Program-made: the position numbers and the translations under genes
Source: Desulfovibrionaceae bacterium
GTDB lineage: Bacteria; Desulfobacterota; Desulfovibrionia; Desulfovibrionales; Desulfovibrionaceae
Direction of reading: 5' to 3'
Length of the DNA: 64,000 nucleotides
Assembly (NCBI GenBank): GCA_031553655.1
Contig: JAVBLG010000032.1
Location: 115 to 64,114, forward strand
Shown: positions 36,785 to 46,805 of the stretch, one piece after another
How positions within the stretch are numbered: position 1 is the first letter of the stretch
How the letters are laid out: each line of letters begins with the position of its first letter
The notes under the pieces: model-generated
Told to the model about the DNA's origin: nothing
Databases searched by the model: none
What the model saw: the letters and a program-made list of their open reading frames with translations, nothing else

Positions 36785-37483
36785 ATGAACGACACCAGAA
36801 CCATCGCGAGATCAGAAGTCAGCGTGGTTTCCTATTTTATGCAGCAGGTGTACCTGTGGATGGCCATCGGGCTTGGCCTTACAGCCTTCGTGGCCTGGGC
36901 TGTGGCTGGATCTCCGGCCGCGCTCTCCTTTATTTTCGGCAACACATTTGTGCTTATCGGCCTGATTGTGGCGGAATTCGCCCTGGTCATTGCCATTTCC
37001 GCCGCCGTGCACAAGCTTTCGGCCGCCACAGCCACCGGGCTTTTCATGCTTTATTCCGCTCTTAACGGGGCAACCCTTTCGAGCGTTCTGATCGTGTATA
37101 CGGCTTCTTCCGTTGCCAACGCCTTTCTGGCTACGGCCGGTACCTTTGTGGCCATGAGCGTTTACGGCACCGTGACCAAGCGCGACCTCACAAGCTGGGG
37201 CAGTTTTCTTTTCATGGGGCTTATCGGCATAGTCATTGCCTCGCTGGTCAACATCTTCCTCAAGAGCACCATGATGGAATTTGTGATCAGCTGCATCGGC
37301 GTTCTGGTGTTTGTGGGCCTTACCGCTTACGACACCCAGAAGATTCGTCAGTTCGCCCTCGGCGCGCCCCTGGACGACTCCACAGCCGTGCGGCGCGGAG
37401 TGATTTTGAGCGCCCTGTCTCTCTACCTCGACTTCATCAACCTCTTCCTGATGATTCTCCGCCTTTTCGGCAGCAGGGATTAA
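36785..37483 (+). CDS. BAX inhibitor-1/YccA family membrane protein
   Basis: Seven TM helices. FMQQVYLWMA N-terminal pattern and LYLDFINLFLMILRLFG C-terminal signature. Confidence 0.85.
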   Translation: MNDTRTIARSEVSVVSYFMQQVYLWMAIGLGLTAFVAWAVAGSPAALSFIFGNTFVLIGLIVAEFALVIAISAAVHKLSAATATGLFMLYSALNGATLSSVLIVYTASSVANAFLATAGTFVAMSVYGTVTKRDLTSWGSFLFMGLIGIVIASLVNIFLKSTMMEFVISCIGVLVFVGLTAYDTQKIRQFALGAPLDDSTAVRRGVILSALSLYLDFINLFLMILRLFGSRD

Positions 37484-37494
37484 TTTTCCCGGTT

Positions 37495-37548
37495 ACGGCC
37501 TCGCGGTGCGAAGTCTTTGCGGCTTTGCGCCGCAGGCCGTATTTTTTT
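37495..37548 (+). terminator. Rho-independent terminator after the BI-1 family gene
   Basis: ACGGCCTcGCGGtGC...GCgCCGCAGGCCGT imperfect long stem followed by ATTTTTTT. Confidence 0.7.
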
Positions 37549-37610
37549 ACCATATCCGGCCATATCCGTAAGAACAGCGGCCCGCCTTTTCCCACATCCT
37601 GGTATAAGCA

Positions 37611-37654
37611 ATGTTTCAATCCACAGTCGGCTCCATCCGCCGACTGACTCCGTC
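37611..37654 (+). repeat. 44-nt hairpin repeat, copy C (in rnr 5' leader)
   Basis: ATGTTTCAATCCACAGTCGGCTCCATCCGCCGACTGACTCCGTC with an 8-bp stem CAGTCGGC/GCCGACTG. The ORF track uses its ATG as a false rnr start. Confidence 0.8.
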
Positions 37655-37670
37655 CATAAAGGAAGTTTTG

Positions 37671-40253
37671 ATGAACAAGAAAAAAACTTTCGTTCCCGAG
37701 TCCGGAGAAATCCTTGACTTATTGGTAAAGGCCAACCGCCCGCTGAATCTTGACGATGTGCTGCGTCATTCCGGAGTACAACGCCGGGCCAAAAAGGAGG
37801 TGCAGGAAATTCTGTTCTCTCTGGCCGACAAAGGCGACATACTGCGCTTGCGCGGCGGCGCTTTCATTCCCAAATCCATGGCCAAAACCGTTACCGGACG
37901 CTATTTTGTGCAGCGCTCCGGGGCCGCTTTTGTTACGCCTGATTCCTCCAAAAATCCGCTGGGCGATATTTATATTCATCCGGGTATGGGCGGTGATGCC
38001 TGGCACGGTGACCTTGTGCGGGTGGCCGTTCTGCCCGGACGGCGCGGTAAAAATTCCGAAGGGCGCGTTGTTGAAGTGTTGGAACGCCAGGTTACACAGC
38101 TGGCGGCCCATGTTACGGCAATACACGGCAAGGAATTGATTTGCGCCCCTGCCGACCCTCGCTACGATTTTACTCTGCGTGCCGACGCGGAAGAGGCGGA
38201 GCGGGAAGCAGGCGTATCCGGCCGTTTGCGCCGGGGCGATCTTGTAATTGTGAAGCCGCTGGCCCCTCTTGGCGAAAATTTCTGGCAAGGGATGATTGTG
38301 GCCGGGGTAGGCTCGGAAAACACCGTGGCTGCCCAGGAAATGCTGGTTAAAATCGCCCATCAGGCCCCGACCGAATTTCCACCCGGAGCGCTGGCCGAGG
38401 CTGACGCGCTGCCCGAGAATCCCCGCCCGGAAGATTGGGAAGGGCGGGAGGATTTGCGCTCCATCCCCTTTGTGACCATTGACGGGGCCGATGCCCGCGA
38501 CTTTGACGACGCCGTCTTTGTGCGTAAAGAACAGGGCGGTTTTTTGCTTTATGTGGCCATAGCCGACGTCAGCCACTATGTGCCCGCGCGTTCCGCCCTG
38601 GATAAAGAGGCTTATCTGCGTGGTAATTCCTGGTATTTTCCCAGCTCAGTGGAACCCATGTTGCCCGAGGCTCTTTCCAACGGCCTTTGCAGCTTGAAGC
38701 CCCATGTTCCCCGGCTGGCCGTGGTGGTGGAAATACATTTTGATCAAAATGGCCGCACCCTGAGCAGCCGTTTTTTTCCAACGGTCATATCTTCGGCCGC
38801 TCGGCTTACTTACGAACAGGTAGGCGCTTTTTTAAAGAAAGATGAAACCTTCGGCGTATCCTCATCCGGAGGGACGGAATCCGGACCGGAATCGGCGCCG
38901 CAGACATGGGCGGAGAAATCAGCATCCAGTGGCGATCCGGACGAGCTTCCCCCGGAAATAATGGAAATGCTGCGTGTTGCCGCGCGATTGTCCGCGCTTT
39001 TGAGCGTGAAACGCCGCCGCAAGGGCACTCTGGATTTTGACCTGCCCGAAGCCGAATACGAAATTGATGAACGCGGCGGGCTTGTCGCCATCAAAACGCG
39101 TGAGCGCAACCAGTCCCATCTGCTCATAGAAAATTTTATGATCGCCGCCAATGAAGCCGTGGCTGTTTTTTTGTCCGGGCGCGGGGTTCCATTTTTGTTC
39201 CGTATTCACCCGGAGCCGGACCCGGATCGTATTGAAGACTTTTTTAAAGCCTTGGCCCGTACCGGCCTGTCCGTGCCGGAACAGGTCGGCGGGATGAAGG
39301 ACGAGGGGGTAACGGACAGCGAAACCGGCAACTCGGCAGACGGAAAAACCCCAGACCATCGGATGAAGGGCGGCGGCAAGCAACCGTCAGCATCGGACTT
39401 GCCCATAGTTTTGCGGGCCTTCAAAGGCACGGATCAGGAATTTCTGGTAGGACGCATGGCTTTGCGTTCCATGCCCAAGGCTTTGTATCATCCTTTCAAT
39501 TCCGGGCACTTTGGTCTGGCTTTGCGTGATTACTGCCATTTCACCTCTCCCATCCGGCGTTATGCCGATCTTGTTGTTCATCGCGCGCTTAAATACGCTT
39601 TGGGTTTTGACAGCGTCGCTCCGCCTACGGCCAAGCGGCTGCTGGAAATCGCCGAGCGGATCAACCATTGCGAACTGTCCGCCGCCGAAGCCGAGCGCGA
39701 AATGCTGCGGCGCATGGGCGTTCTGGCGCTTCATAGCCGCGTGGGCGAAAGTTTTTCCGGAACAGTCAGCGGGGTAAACGACTTTGGCATTTTTGTGCTG
39801 CTTGACGAAATGCCCGTGGAGGGCATGGTTCATGTGGAAAACCTTGGCGACGATTTTTATGAATATGATCCGGAAGCCCAGGAACTCATCGGCGTGGGCA
39901 CAGGGCGGCGTTTCAGCCTGGGGCTGAAAGTGGAAACGAGGCTGGCTGGTGTCAATCGGGGGCGGTTGGAAATCAATCTGGAACTGATCGGCGGCGGGAT
40001 TTTCGGCAGGCGGCAAATCAGGGCGGCGGGAGCTTTCGGCAACGGCGGGCGCAACAGGACCGCGAAACGCGGAAGCAGTGAAACAAGCCGAAAAACCGGC
40101 CGCAGCGGAAGCAAAAGCGCAACGCGCCAGGGCGGACGGGCTTCGGGCGAGCCGACTCATGGAAGCCCCAGGCCCGGGTCGGGGAGACCGCGCGTCGGCA
40201 AACCCGGTAAAAGCTCGGGCAATCGTTCCAATCGGGGAAGAAAGGGGTCATGA
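37671..40253 (+). CDS. rnr: Ribonuclease R
   Basis: RNB catalytic domain (VTIDGADARDFDDAV..., HFGLAL..YCHFTSPIRRYADLVVHR), an S1 domain and a Lys/Arg/Gly-rich C-terminal tail. ATG 37671 preferred. Confidence 0.92.
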   Translation: MNKKKTFVPESGEILDLLVKANRPLNLDDVLRHSGVQRRAKKEVQEILFSLADKGDILRLRGGAFIPKSMAKTVTGRYFVQRSGAAFVTPDSSKNPLGDIYIHPGMGGDAWHGDLVRVAVLPGRRGKNSEGRVVEVLERQVTQLAAHVTAIHGKELICAPADPRYDFTLRADAEEAEREAGVSGRLRRGDLVIVKPLAPLGENFWQGMIVAGVGSENTVAAQEMLVKIAHQAPTEFPPGALAEADALPENPRPEDWEGREDLRSIPFVTIDGADARDFDDAVFVRKEQGGFLLYVAIADVSHYVPARSALDKEAYLRGNSWYFPSSVEPMLPEALSNGLCSLKPHVPRLAVVVEIHFDQNGRTLSSRFFPTVISSAARLTYEQVGAFLKKDETFGVSSSGGTESGPESAPQTWAEKSASSGDPDELPPEIMEMLRVAARLSALLSVKRRRKGTLDFDLPEAEYEIDERGGLVAIKTRERNQSHLLIENFMIAANEAVAVFLSGRGVPFLFRIHPEPDPDRIEDFFKALARTGLSVPEQVGGMKDEGVTDSETGNSADGKTPDHRMKGGGKQPSASDLPIVLRAFKGTDQEFLVGRMALRSMPKALYHPFNSGHFGLALRDYCHFTSPIRRYADLVVHRALKYALGFDSVAPPTAKRLLEIAERINHCELSAAEAEREMLRRMGVLALHSRVGESFSGTVSGVNDFGIFVLLDEMPVEGMVHVENLGDDFYEYDPEAQELIGVGTGRRFSLGLKVETRLAGVNRGRLEINLELIGGGIFGRRQIRAAGAFGNGGRNRTAKRGSSETSRKTGRSGSKSATRQGGRASGEPTHGSPRPGSGRPRVGKPGKSSGNRSNRGRKGS

Positions 40254-41836
40254 GCTTTTTCAGTCGTACGCACCAATTTGGCGCGGCCGCGCTGATCATG
40301 GGCCTGAGCATTGTGCTCTCGCGCTTCATGGGGTTGGCTCGCGATAAGGTCATATCCTGGAAATTCGGCGCGGGGGGCGAGGCCGACATCTATTTTGCCG
40401 CCTTTGTCATTCCCGACTTCATAAACTATCTTCTGGCCGGCGGCTACATTTCTATTACCATTATCCCCTTGCTGGCCAAGCGTTTTAAAGAGGATGAAGC
40501 CGACGCCTGGAAGTTTTTCTCGGCCATTTTCTGGTGGGCGTTGCTTGTATCCGGCCTTCTGACCCTGCTGTGCATGTTCGCGGCCCCGGAACTGGCGAGT
40601 CTTTCCGCGCCTGGCTTCAGCGCCGCGCAGCTTGAGCGTCTTACCGCCTTTTTGCGTCTCATTCTGCCGGCGCAGATATTCTTTCTGGCCGGGGCCTGTT
40701 TTTCGGCTTTGCTCTACTATCGGCGGCAATTCAGCGTTCCGGCCTTGACCCCGCTTATCTATAACGGCTTCATCATCCTCGGCGGGTTGGTCTGGCCTTA
40801 TGGCGGCATGGAAGGCTTTTGCATCGGGGTTACTCTGGGTGCGGCCGTGGGAGCCTTCTGGCTTCCCTGGCATGCGGCGCGGGCCGGGGGGGGCGTGCAT
40901 CTGCGCCCGGTGTTGCGGCATCCGCTGCTCAAGAAGTTTTTGATTATCGCCCTGCCGCTCATGCTCGGACAGAGCGCGGTGATGCTCAACGAGCAATTTT
41001 TACGCATTTTTGGCTCCATGGCCGGAGATGGCGCGGTGAGTCTTTTAAGTTATGCCCGGCGCATGGCTAATGTGCCGGTGGGCATGATCGGCCAGGCCGC
41101 CGCCGTGGCTTCTTATCCTTTTCTGGCGGCCCTGGCCGCTGAAAAAACAGAAAAAGCGGCCCAAACTTTTAACGGCACGCTCAATACGGCCTTCGCCTCC
41201 AGCCTGGCGATTATTTTTCCCGTGTCGGCCTGGACAATTGCGGCCGCGCAGCCGATTATGGAAGCCATCTTCCTCGGCGGGCGCTTTGGTCTGGCCGAAG
41301 CCGCCGCTTCCGCCCCGATGCTGCAAATTATGACCATAGCCAGCCCTTTGTGGGTTATGCAGATGATTATGAGCCGAGCTTTTTACGCCGAGGGCGACAC
41401 CATCACTCCGGCCCTGTGCGGAACTTTGGTGACTTTTGCCAGCCTGCCGTTTTTCTTTGCCCTGGCCAAAGGCGGGGAGTTTTTCAGCGGCGCCACGGCC
41501 ACGGCCCTGATTAGCACCGCCGGTATTGTGGTTTATGCGCTGCTGATTATCGGGGTGTGGATTAAACGCAAGGGATTCAACGCGTTTGCCGGGCTGCCGC
41601 GTCTTTGCGCATATTCTCTGCTGATATCCGCGCTGGCGGCGGTTCCGGCCTGGCTGCTGGCCGGTTGCGGGGCAAATCTCAATTGGCCCCCAGTGCTTTC
41701 CGCCCTGGCCGCTCTGGCGGTCAGCGGACTTATTTTCGCCATTGTATATCTGGCTCTTGCCCTGAAATTCCAGCCGGTTCTGGCTGAGCCTTTCATGCGG
41801 ATTTTGAGGCGTTTCGGCCCACTCAAAAAAGTATGA
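40250..41836 (+). CDS. murJ: Lipid II flippase MurJ (MviN)
   Basis: SRFMGLARDKVISWKFGAG..DIYFAAF N-terminal signature and about 14 TM helices. ATGA overlap with the rnr stop. Confidence 0.9.
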   Translation: MSFFSRTHQFGAAALIMGLSIVLSRFMGLARDKVISWKFGAGGEADIYFAAFVIPDFINYLLAGGYISITIIPLLAKRFKEDEADAWKFFSAIFWWALLVSGLLTLLCMFAAPELASLSAPGFSAAQLERLTAFLRLILPAQIFFLAGACFSALLYYRRQFSVPALTPLIYNGFIILGGLVWPYGGMEGFCIGVTLGAAVGAFWLPWHAARAGGGVHLRPVLRHPLLKKFLIIALPLMLGQSAVMLNEQFLRIFGSMAGDGAVSLLSYARRMANVPVGMIGQAAAVASYPFLAALAAEKTEKAAQTFNGTLNTAFASSLAIIFPVSAWTIAAAQPIMEAIFLGGRFGLAEAAASAPMLQIMTIASPLWVMQMIMSRAFYAEGDTITPALCGTLVTFASLPFFFALAKGGEFFSGATATALISTAGIVVYALLIIGVWIKRKGFNAFAGLPRLCAYSLLISALAAVPAWLLAGCGANLNWPPVLSALAALAVSGLIFAIVYLALALKFQPVLAEPFMRILRRFGPLKKV

Positions 41837-42849
41837 AAACTTTTATTCTCACGCTCGCGCATCACGGCAAGCGACTCGACCATATTCTGAAAATTCTGGA
41901 AGTGGAAAACGGGTTGCGCGGTTGCCGCAGACTTTGCGAGTCTGGTCTCGCGCGCTTAAATGGCAGGCCGGGCAGGGCGGCGGAGAAGGGGAGATCCGGA
42001 GATCGACTTGAGGTGTACAGCCCGCCTTGTCTTGCCGCGCAAACAGGTTTGGCTGAAGACGGGGTCGCCGGGTTGTCTCAAGAACGTCGCCCGACCGAGG
42101 CGGAGCAGGGGAATTTTTTCGGCAATGGCGTATATTCGAAGGCCTTGCCGGAAGTTGCGGCCGACTTCGGGGCGCTGATCTTCATTTACAAGCCTTCGGG
42201 AATGCACAGTGTTTCCCTTGCCGGAAAGAGCGATTGCGACAGTCTGGAAAATTATCTTCCTCGTATCGCTCCCGGTTTTCGTTTGCTCACCCGTCTGGAT
42301 TTTCCAACCTCCGGGCTGGTGGCGGCCGTGAACAATGACGCTATGGCGCGAAAATGGCGCGAGTCTGAAACCTCGGGAACTTGCCTAAAGTTTTACTGCG
42401 CTTTGCTTGAGGGGCGGCTTGAGCGCGAAATGCCGGTTGAAAACAGTCTTGAGACGGCTGGAAGACAGAGAAGTGTTGTTTTGACCAGGCGCGATCCCGA
42501 TTTTACAAGGCACACCCGGTTTTATCCGTTGGCTTGGCTTGCGGCCGAGGATGTTTCGCGTTTTGTGGGGGAATATGCCCAAATTGGCGGCCCGGCCAAC
42601 ATCTTCACCTTGGCTGGATGTCTGATCCGGCGCGGAGCCAGGCATCAGATTCGCGCCCATGCGGCCGGTCTCGGACATCCACTGGCCGGAGACGCGCTTT
42701 ATGGGGCACAAACAACCATGCCTATTGTCCTGCATCACGGTCGCATAATCAGCCCTTTTGGCCAGGCCCGTTGCGCCGCGCCCGTGGAGTTTTTTTTGCC
42801 CTCACCCGCGCGGGAGGCTCTGCAAATTTTCTGGAACTCCGACAAATGA
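41833..42849 (+). CDS. RluA-family pseudouridine synthase with N-terminal S4-like region
   Basis: KPSGMHSV, RLDFPTSGLV (catalytic Asp motif), GARHQIRAH. ATGA overlap with the murJ stop. Confidence 0.8.
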   Translation: MKTFILTLAHHGKRLDHILKILEVENGLRGCRRLCESGLARLNGRPGRAAEKGRSGDRLEVYSPPCLAAQTGLAEDGVAGLSQERRPTEAEQGNFFGNGVYSKALPEVAADFGALIFIYKPSGMHSVSLAGKSDCDSLENYLPRIAPGFRLLTRLDFPTSGLVAAVNNDAMARKWRESETSGTCLKFYCALLEGRLEREMPVENSLETAGRQRSVVLTRRDPDFTRHTRFYPLAWLAAEDVSRFVGEYAQIGGPANIFTLAGCLIRRGARHQIRAHAAGLGHPLAGDALYGAQTTMPIVLHHGRIISPFGQARCAAPVEFFLPSPAREALQIFWNSDK

Positions 42850-42922
42850 TTTTTTGTTGAAAACGGGCCCAGGGGCCTGAAACAAATTTTGTCCAGCTCG
42901 TAACACCATATTGGAGATTGTA

Positions 42923-43777
42923 ATGGAAAAGACCATTTTTCGTCTGGAAATAACCGCTGAGGAGCAATATTCCGACCTGATCACCGGGGTTCTGGCCCTC
43001 AATTACCCCTATGGATGGGAAGAAGCCAGCCTGAATGACGGACGGGTGCGCTTTACGTTACACACGGATCTGCCTGAAAATTTGGATATTTTGCCGCCGG
43101 AAATAAAAAGAGTGGCCCCAGATGCCGAAATTGAGTGCACGGAGCTGGAAGACAAGGATTGGACCAGTGCCTGGAGGCAATTTTTTACCCCGGTGCCCTG
43201 CGGCAGCCGCTTTATGGTAATTCCGCCCTGGCTGCGCGACGAAATGGATTTGCAGGGCCGTCGGGCCATAGTGATTGAACCGGCTTCTGCCTTTGGCACC
43301 GGGCATCATGCCAGCACCGAGCTGTGCCTTTCGCTCATATCCGATCTTATGGATACCGGAAAATTGAAACCGGGCATGGAATTTATGGATTTGGGAACAG
43401 GCTCTGGCATTCTGGGCATAGCGCTTGCCGGGCACGGTCTGACCGGGCTGGGCATAGACATTGAAGCTGTGGCCGTGGCCAATGCCAGGGAAAATATGGA
43501 GCTCAACGGAACAACCGGGATGGAAGTGCGGCAAGGTGACATCACCGCTGCCGAAGGACGCAAATTTGATATTGTGGTGGCCAATATTCTGGCCGACGTG
43601 CTCAAGAATCTGGCCCCGCAACTTGTTGGCTCACTGCGGCCCGGAGGTATTTTGCTTCTTTCGGGTATTCTAGACATACAGGCCGGAGCGGTTGAGGAAA
43701 AATACATGGCTCTCGGCCTGCCCCAGGCGCAACGTAAGAAGCAGGGAGAGTGGACGGCGCTGAAGTGGGTAAACTAG
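42923..43777 (+). CDS. prmA: Ribosomal protein L11 methyltransferase
   Basis: FGTGHHASTELCL, DLGTGSGILGIA, ANILADV. GGAG SD before ATG 42923. Confidence 0.9.
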   Translation: MEKTIFRLEITAEEQYSDLITGVLALNYPYGWEEASLNDGRVRFTLHTDLPENLDILPPEIKRVAPDAEIECTELEDKDWTSAWRQFFTPVPCGSRFMVIPPWLRDEMDLQGRRAIVIEPASAFGTGHHASTELCLSLISDLMDTGKLKPGMEFMDLGTGSGILGIALAGHGLTGLGIDIEAVAVANARENMELNGTTGMEVRQGDITAAEGRKFDIVVANILADVLKNLAPQLVGSLRPGGILLLSGILDIQAGAVEEKYMALGLPQAQRKKQGEWTALKWVN

Positions 43778-43778
43778 C

Positions 43779-44708
43779 ATGGCCGCCGGAAAATATGTTC
43801 CTTCGACGAATATCACCATGCCGGTGTTCAATAGGCATGATCAGACATTAAAAACCATTTTCGCCTTACGACGCAATACGGGGGCCAAAATAATCCTCAC
43901 AGTTGTAGACAACGGCAGTAAAGAAGCTTTGAGGAATGAGCTTATACGGCTGCATAAAGAAAAGGTTATTGATAATCTGTTCATTTTGGAAAAAAATTAC
44001 GGTATTTCCTGCGCATGCAATGTCGGCTGGCAGCTTGTTGACGCGTCATTTTTTATGAAACTTGACAATGACATGCTCGTGCTGTCGGGCACATGGCTGG
44101 AAGACGTGTTCTCCATGTGGGGCCGTTATAAATATTCTACTGTATTCGGGCCGGTATGGAACTCGGATGCCACGAACCTCAAGGTGGACACCCCCTGCGG
44201 AACAATGTGGATGATGCCCGCATCTTTGAGTGGCGCGGCCTTTTTGGTCAGCAAGAAAGTTAATGAACAAATTGGATATTTCAGCGAAGATTACGGACTA
44301 TACGGAGAGGAAGACGCCGATTACTGCATGCGTTGTCTACACGCGGGAATCAGGAAATACACCTTTGAAGCGTCAAAAATGTTTGCGGACGCGGGCGGGA
44401 ACGATGATTACAAAAGCATAAATTTTTCCAAGGTGGACATGCATAACAGGAATGTGGGCTTTGGCCGGGGCGAAGGAATTTTCGCCTTGAACCTGTTTTT
44501 GTACAAGCATGGCCTGCGGGATCTGAAAGTGCGCCGCAGGTATGTGATCGACTCCGTGGACGGAAATCATGTGAAGATTTCGGAAGATCAGGACTATTTG
44601 AAATACCTTGACGCTCTGTCCGAATGCTGTGATTTGTTCAATGCCTGCGGCAGAGAGCCGGATAGTGAGCTTACGGAAAAAATAAAAAAAATTCTTATTG
44701 CAGCATAG
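43779..44708 (+). CDS. Family 2 glycosyltransferase (low-GC)
   Basis: PVFNR...VVDNGS..., KLDNDM, EDADYCMRC motifs of GT-A/GT2 enzymes. Visibly AT-richer than prmA. Confidence 0.8.
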   Translation: MAAGKYVPSTNITMPVFNRHDQTLKTIFALRRNTGAKIILTVVDNGSKEALRNELIRLHKEKVIDNLFILEKNYGISCACNVGWQLVDASFFMKLDNDMLVLSGTWLEDVFSMWGRYKYSTVFGPVWNSDATNLKVDTPCGTMWMMPASLSGAAFLVSKKVNEQIGYFSEDYGLYGEEDADYCMRCLHAGIRKYTFEASKMFADAGGNDDYKSINFSKVDMHNRNVGFGRGEGIFALNLFLYKHGLRDLKVRRRYVIDSVDGNHVKISEDQDYLKYLDALSECCDLFNACGREPDSELTEKIKKILIAA

Positions 44709-44737
44709 AGACTTTTGAGAATGGAAGTATCTGTATT

Positions 44738-45517
44738 TTATTTAAAATGATGGTTCTCCCTAAGCTCTGGTAATTCATCGGCCAAGCAAAGCAAATAAGT
44801 GGTGTAGAAAGATGGAAGTGCTCCAGATTTATCAGGATAAAGGTACGTGTCGCGTAGTTCTAATAATTTTTCTTCATCATCTACAGCTTCTTTAAGATCA
44901 TCGGAAAGTTGTTTCCATATTGCCAAGCGGCGTTGTGCCAGCCTCGGAGTGTTTAGGCCCAAAATTTTTATAGTGTTTTCTACTACAGCACAATCTATCC
45001 CAGCGCGTTTGCAGGCTGCAATATCAGGCGCAAATAAAAGTCCAGATGAGGTCTCTACTTGGGTAAATAATGGATAATCCGGCAAAGTGTAAGGATTGAG
45101 GATATTTCCTTCAGGATCGTGCTTGTCCTTCTTTTGCCCGCATGAAAGCTCCACTTCTTGATATATTTTTTTGTGATTTTTGTCGTAATTCGGTTTTGAG
45201 CCTCCAAGACAATTTAGAAGAAAATTATCAAAAGTGCATGTGTAATCATGTGTTGGTGTACTTGCATTTTTAGGAATAAAATTCTCTATCTGCCTGCCGT
45301 GCTCTTGAAGACTCGCTTCACAATAAGCGCAAACTCCATTATGGCTTATAAGCAAGTTGGAAATTATTTCCTTATAAGCATCCTGGTATTCATTTTTGAA
45401 TGCTTCCCATCTCGCGGTTTCCGTACGTGCGGGAGACGCCGGAGGATAATTTTTTTGAAATAATGCCACAATAGCAGAAAAATTTTTTGGTTCGTCAGCG
45501 GGTTTAATCTTGTGCAT
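44738..45517 (-). CDS. HNH-fold (TIGR02646/PtuB-like) protein with a non-canonical active-site motif
   Basis: CAYCE ... RQIENFIPK ... FDNFLLNC ... SCGQKKDK ... TIKILGLNTPRL. The family pattern is recognised from memory. Asn stands where the family His is expected. Overlaps the upstream ATPase gene by 14 nt. Confidence 0.55.
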   Translation of the reverse strand: MHKIKPADEPKNFSAIVALFQKNYPPASPARTETARWEAFKNEYQDAYKEIISNLLISHNGVCAYCEASLQEHGRQIENFIPKNASTPTHDYTCTFDNFLLNCLGGSKPNYDKNHKKIYQEVELSCGQKKDKHDPEGNILNPYTLPDYPLFTQVETSSGLLFAPDIAACKRAGIDCAVVENTIKILGLNTPRLAQRRLAIWKQLSDDLKEAVDDEEKLLELRDTYLYPDKSGALPSFYTTYLLCLADELPELRENHHFK

Positions 45518-46805
45518 TTGAATCTTCCCGTTCCTTTTTTCTTTTCATACGCAGCAACAGCATATCGGCTCTGTCAAGAACAGGATCATCCCGCATCCAT
45601 ACATTCAATTTTTCGCGTAATTTTTCGGCTTCTTCAAACCCCCCATTTCTTAATAGACTGAAATAATTTTCAAGTGTTTTTGTGGCATCATTGTGCGGGC
45701 GCGGTAATACTTCCTGAAGAAATTGCAATACTCTGGAATTTTCTGCTCCAAAGGTTGACACATTGGTGCAATACGCTTTTCCATCTTTTAATATGCGTAT
45801 ATATTCAGGTTCTATAGAGGTAAGAGTTTGCGGGCTATGGGTGGTTACTATGAATTGAATGTTGGGGAAAATATTCATCAACGTTGGCAACACAGTCTGT
45901 TGCCAGGAAGGGTGCAAATGTAATTCAATTTCATCAATCAGCACTGTACCCGGAGAATGAAGCACGGATTCCCCTTTTAGCCAGGTGACCTTGTCGTTCG
46001 CCACCGCCATGCGGCGAGCCAAGTCCATAACCAGGGCCAGCATGGTGCGATAACCGTCGCTGAGTTGGGTTAGTGAATACATTTCGCCCGTATCTTTTTT
46101 GCAAACAAAAAATTCGGGTGGAGTTTTATCTATCTGCGGATCCTGGTATTCTTCATTGAGGGCTTTGAGCACGGCCTCGCGCACTGCTTTGAGTTCCGCT
46201 ATTTCATAATCGAAATTTTTGATCTTTTTGGCATGTAGAGCTTCTTCTGTGGATTTGTTTACAAACCAGTTCATAGTGGACTGGAAATCTATGGCCGGAG
46301 AAAAGGCGTCTGTATAGGCACTTGCTTTGTTTATGCTACCTGAATTGGAATTTTTAGTTTCAGGTAGAATGCGTTTTGCGGAATAATAAGTGAATACCGG
46401 CATGGCTTTGTCTAATTTGCCATGCTCCGCATAGGTATCCCAAAATGTGTTTAAGGGTCTAATATATTGTGCTAAATCTACTTTTAATAATGAGCTGATT
46501 CTATCCTCATTGAATAGCGCCTCAATGGCTGGAACTTCAGCTCCGTCAGCGCCTTTGAGTTTTACTGAATAGTAAAAACTATCAAAACCTATGGAAGGAT
46601 TAGAAATATATATATTTTCCATAATACGGATTTCATTGTCGCGAAAACTGTTGGCGAATGCCTTCAGTATAATAGCCAAGGCGTCAAGAACCGCGCTTTT
46701 GCCCGCGCCATTCACGCCTACCAGCACGGTGAGCTTTGGATCAAAGTCTATTTGCAAGTCGCTGAAGCATCGGAAATTTTTTACATGCAAAGACTCAATA
46801 GTCAT
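45504..46805 (-). CDS. ABC/SMC-type AAA ATPase (AAA_15/AAA_21, COG3950-like; PtuA-like)
   Basis: MTIESLHVKNFRCF..., Walker A GVNGAGKS, signature-like LSDGYR, Walker B VLIDEIELHLHP, H-loop VTTHSP. GGAGGG SD favours ATG 46805 over 46817. Confidence 0.72.
   Translation of the reverse strand: MTIESLHVKNFRCFSDLQIDFDPKLTVLVGVNGAGKSAVLDALAIILKAFANSFRDNEIRIMENIYISNPSIGFDSFYYSVKLKGADGAEVPAIEALFNEDRISSLLKVDLAQYIRPLNTFWDTYAEHGKLDKAMPVFTYYSAKRILPETKNSNSGSINKASAYTDAFSPAIDFQSTMNWFVNKSTEEALHAKKIKNFDYEIAELKAVREAVLKALNEEYQDPQIDKTPPEFFVCKKDTGEMYSLTQLSDGYRTMLALVMDLARRMAVANDKVTWLKGESVLHSPGTVLIDEIELHLHPSWQQTVLPTLMNIFPNIQFIVTTHSPQTLTSIEPEYIRILKDGKAYCTNVSTFGAENSRVLQFLQEVLPRPHNDATKTLENYFSLLRNGGFEEAEKLREKLNVWMRDDPVLDRADMLLLRMKRKKEREDSNAQD

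Noticed and set aside
12367-37654. Possibility that the CRISPR-repeat-like units form a CRISPR array.
   Set aside because: The three units are 2.6 kb and 22.6 kb apart, each is single, they lie in different orientations, and no cas gene is in the window. They are solitary repeats, not an array.
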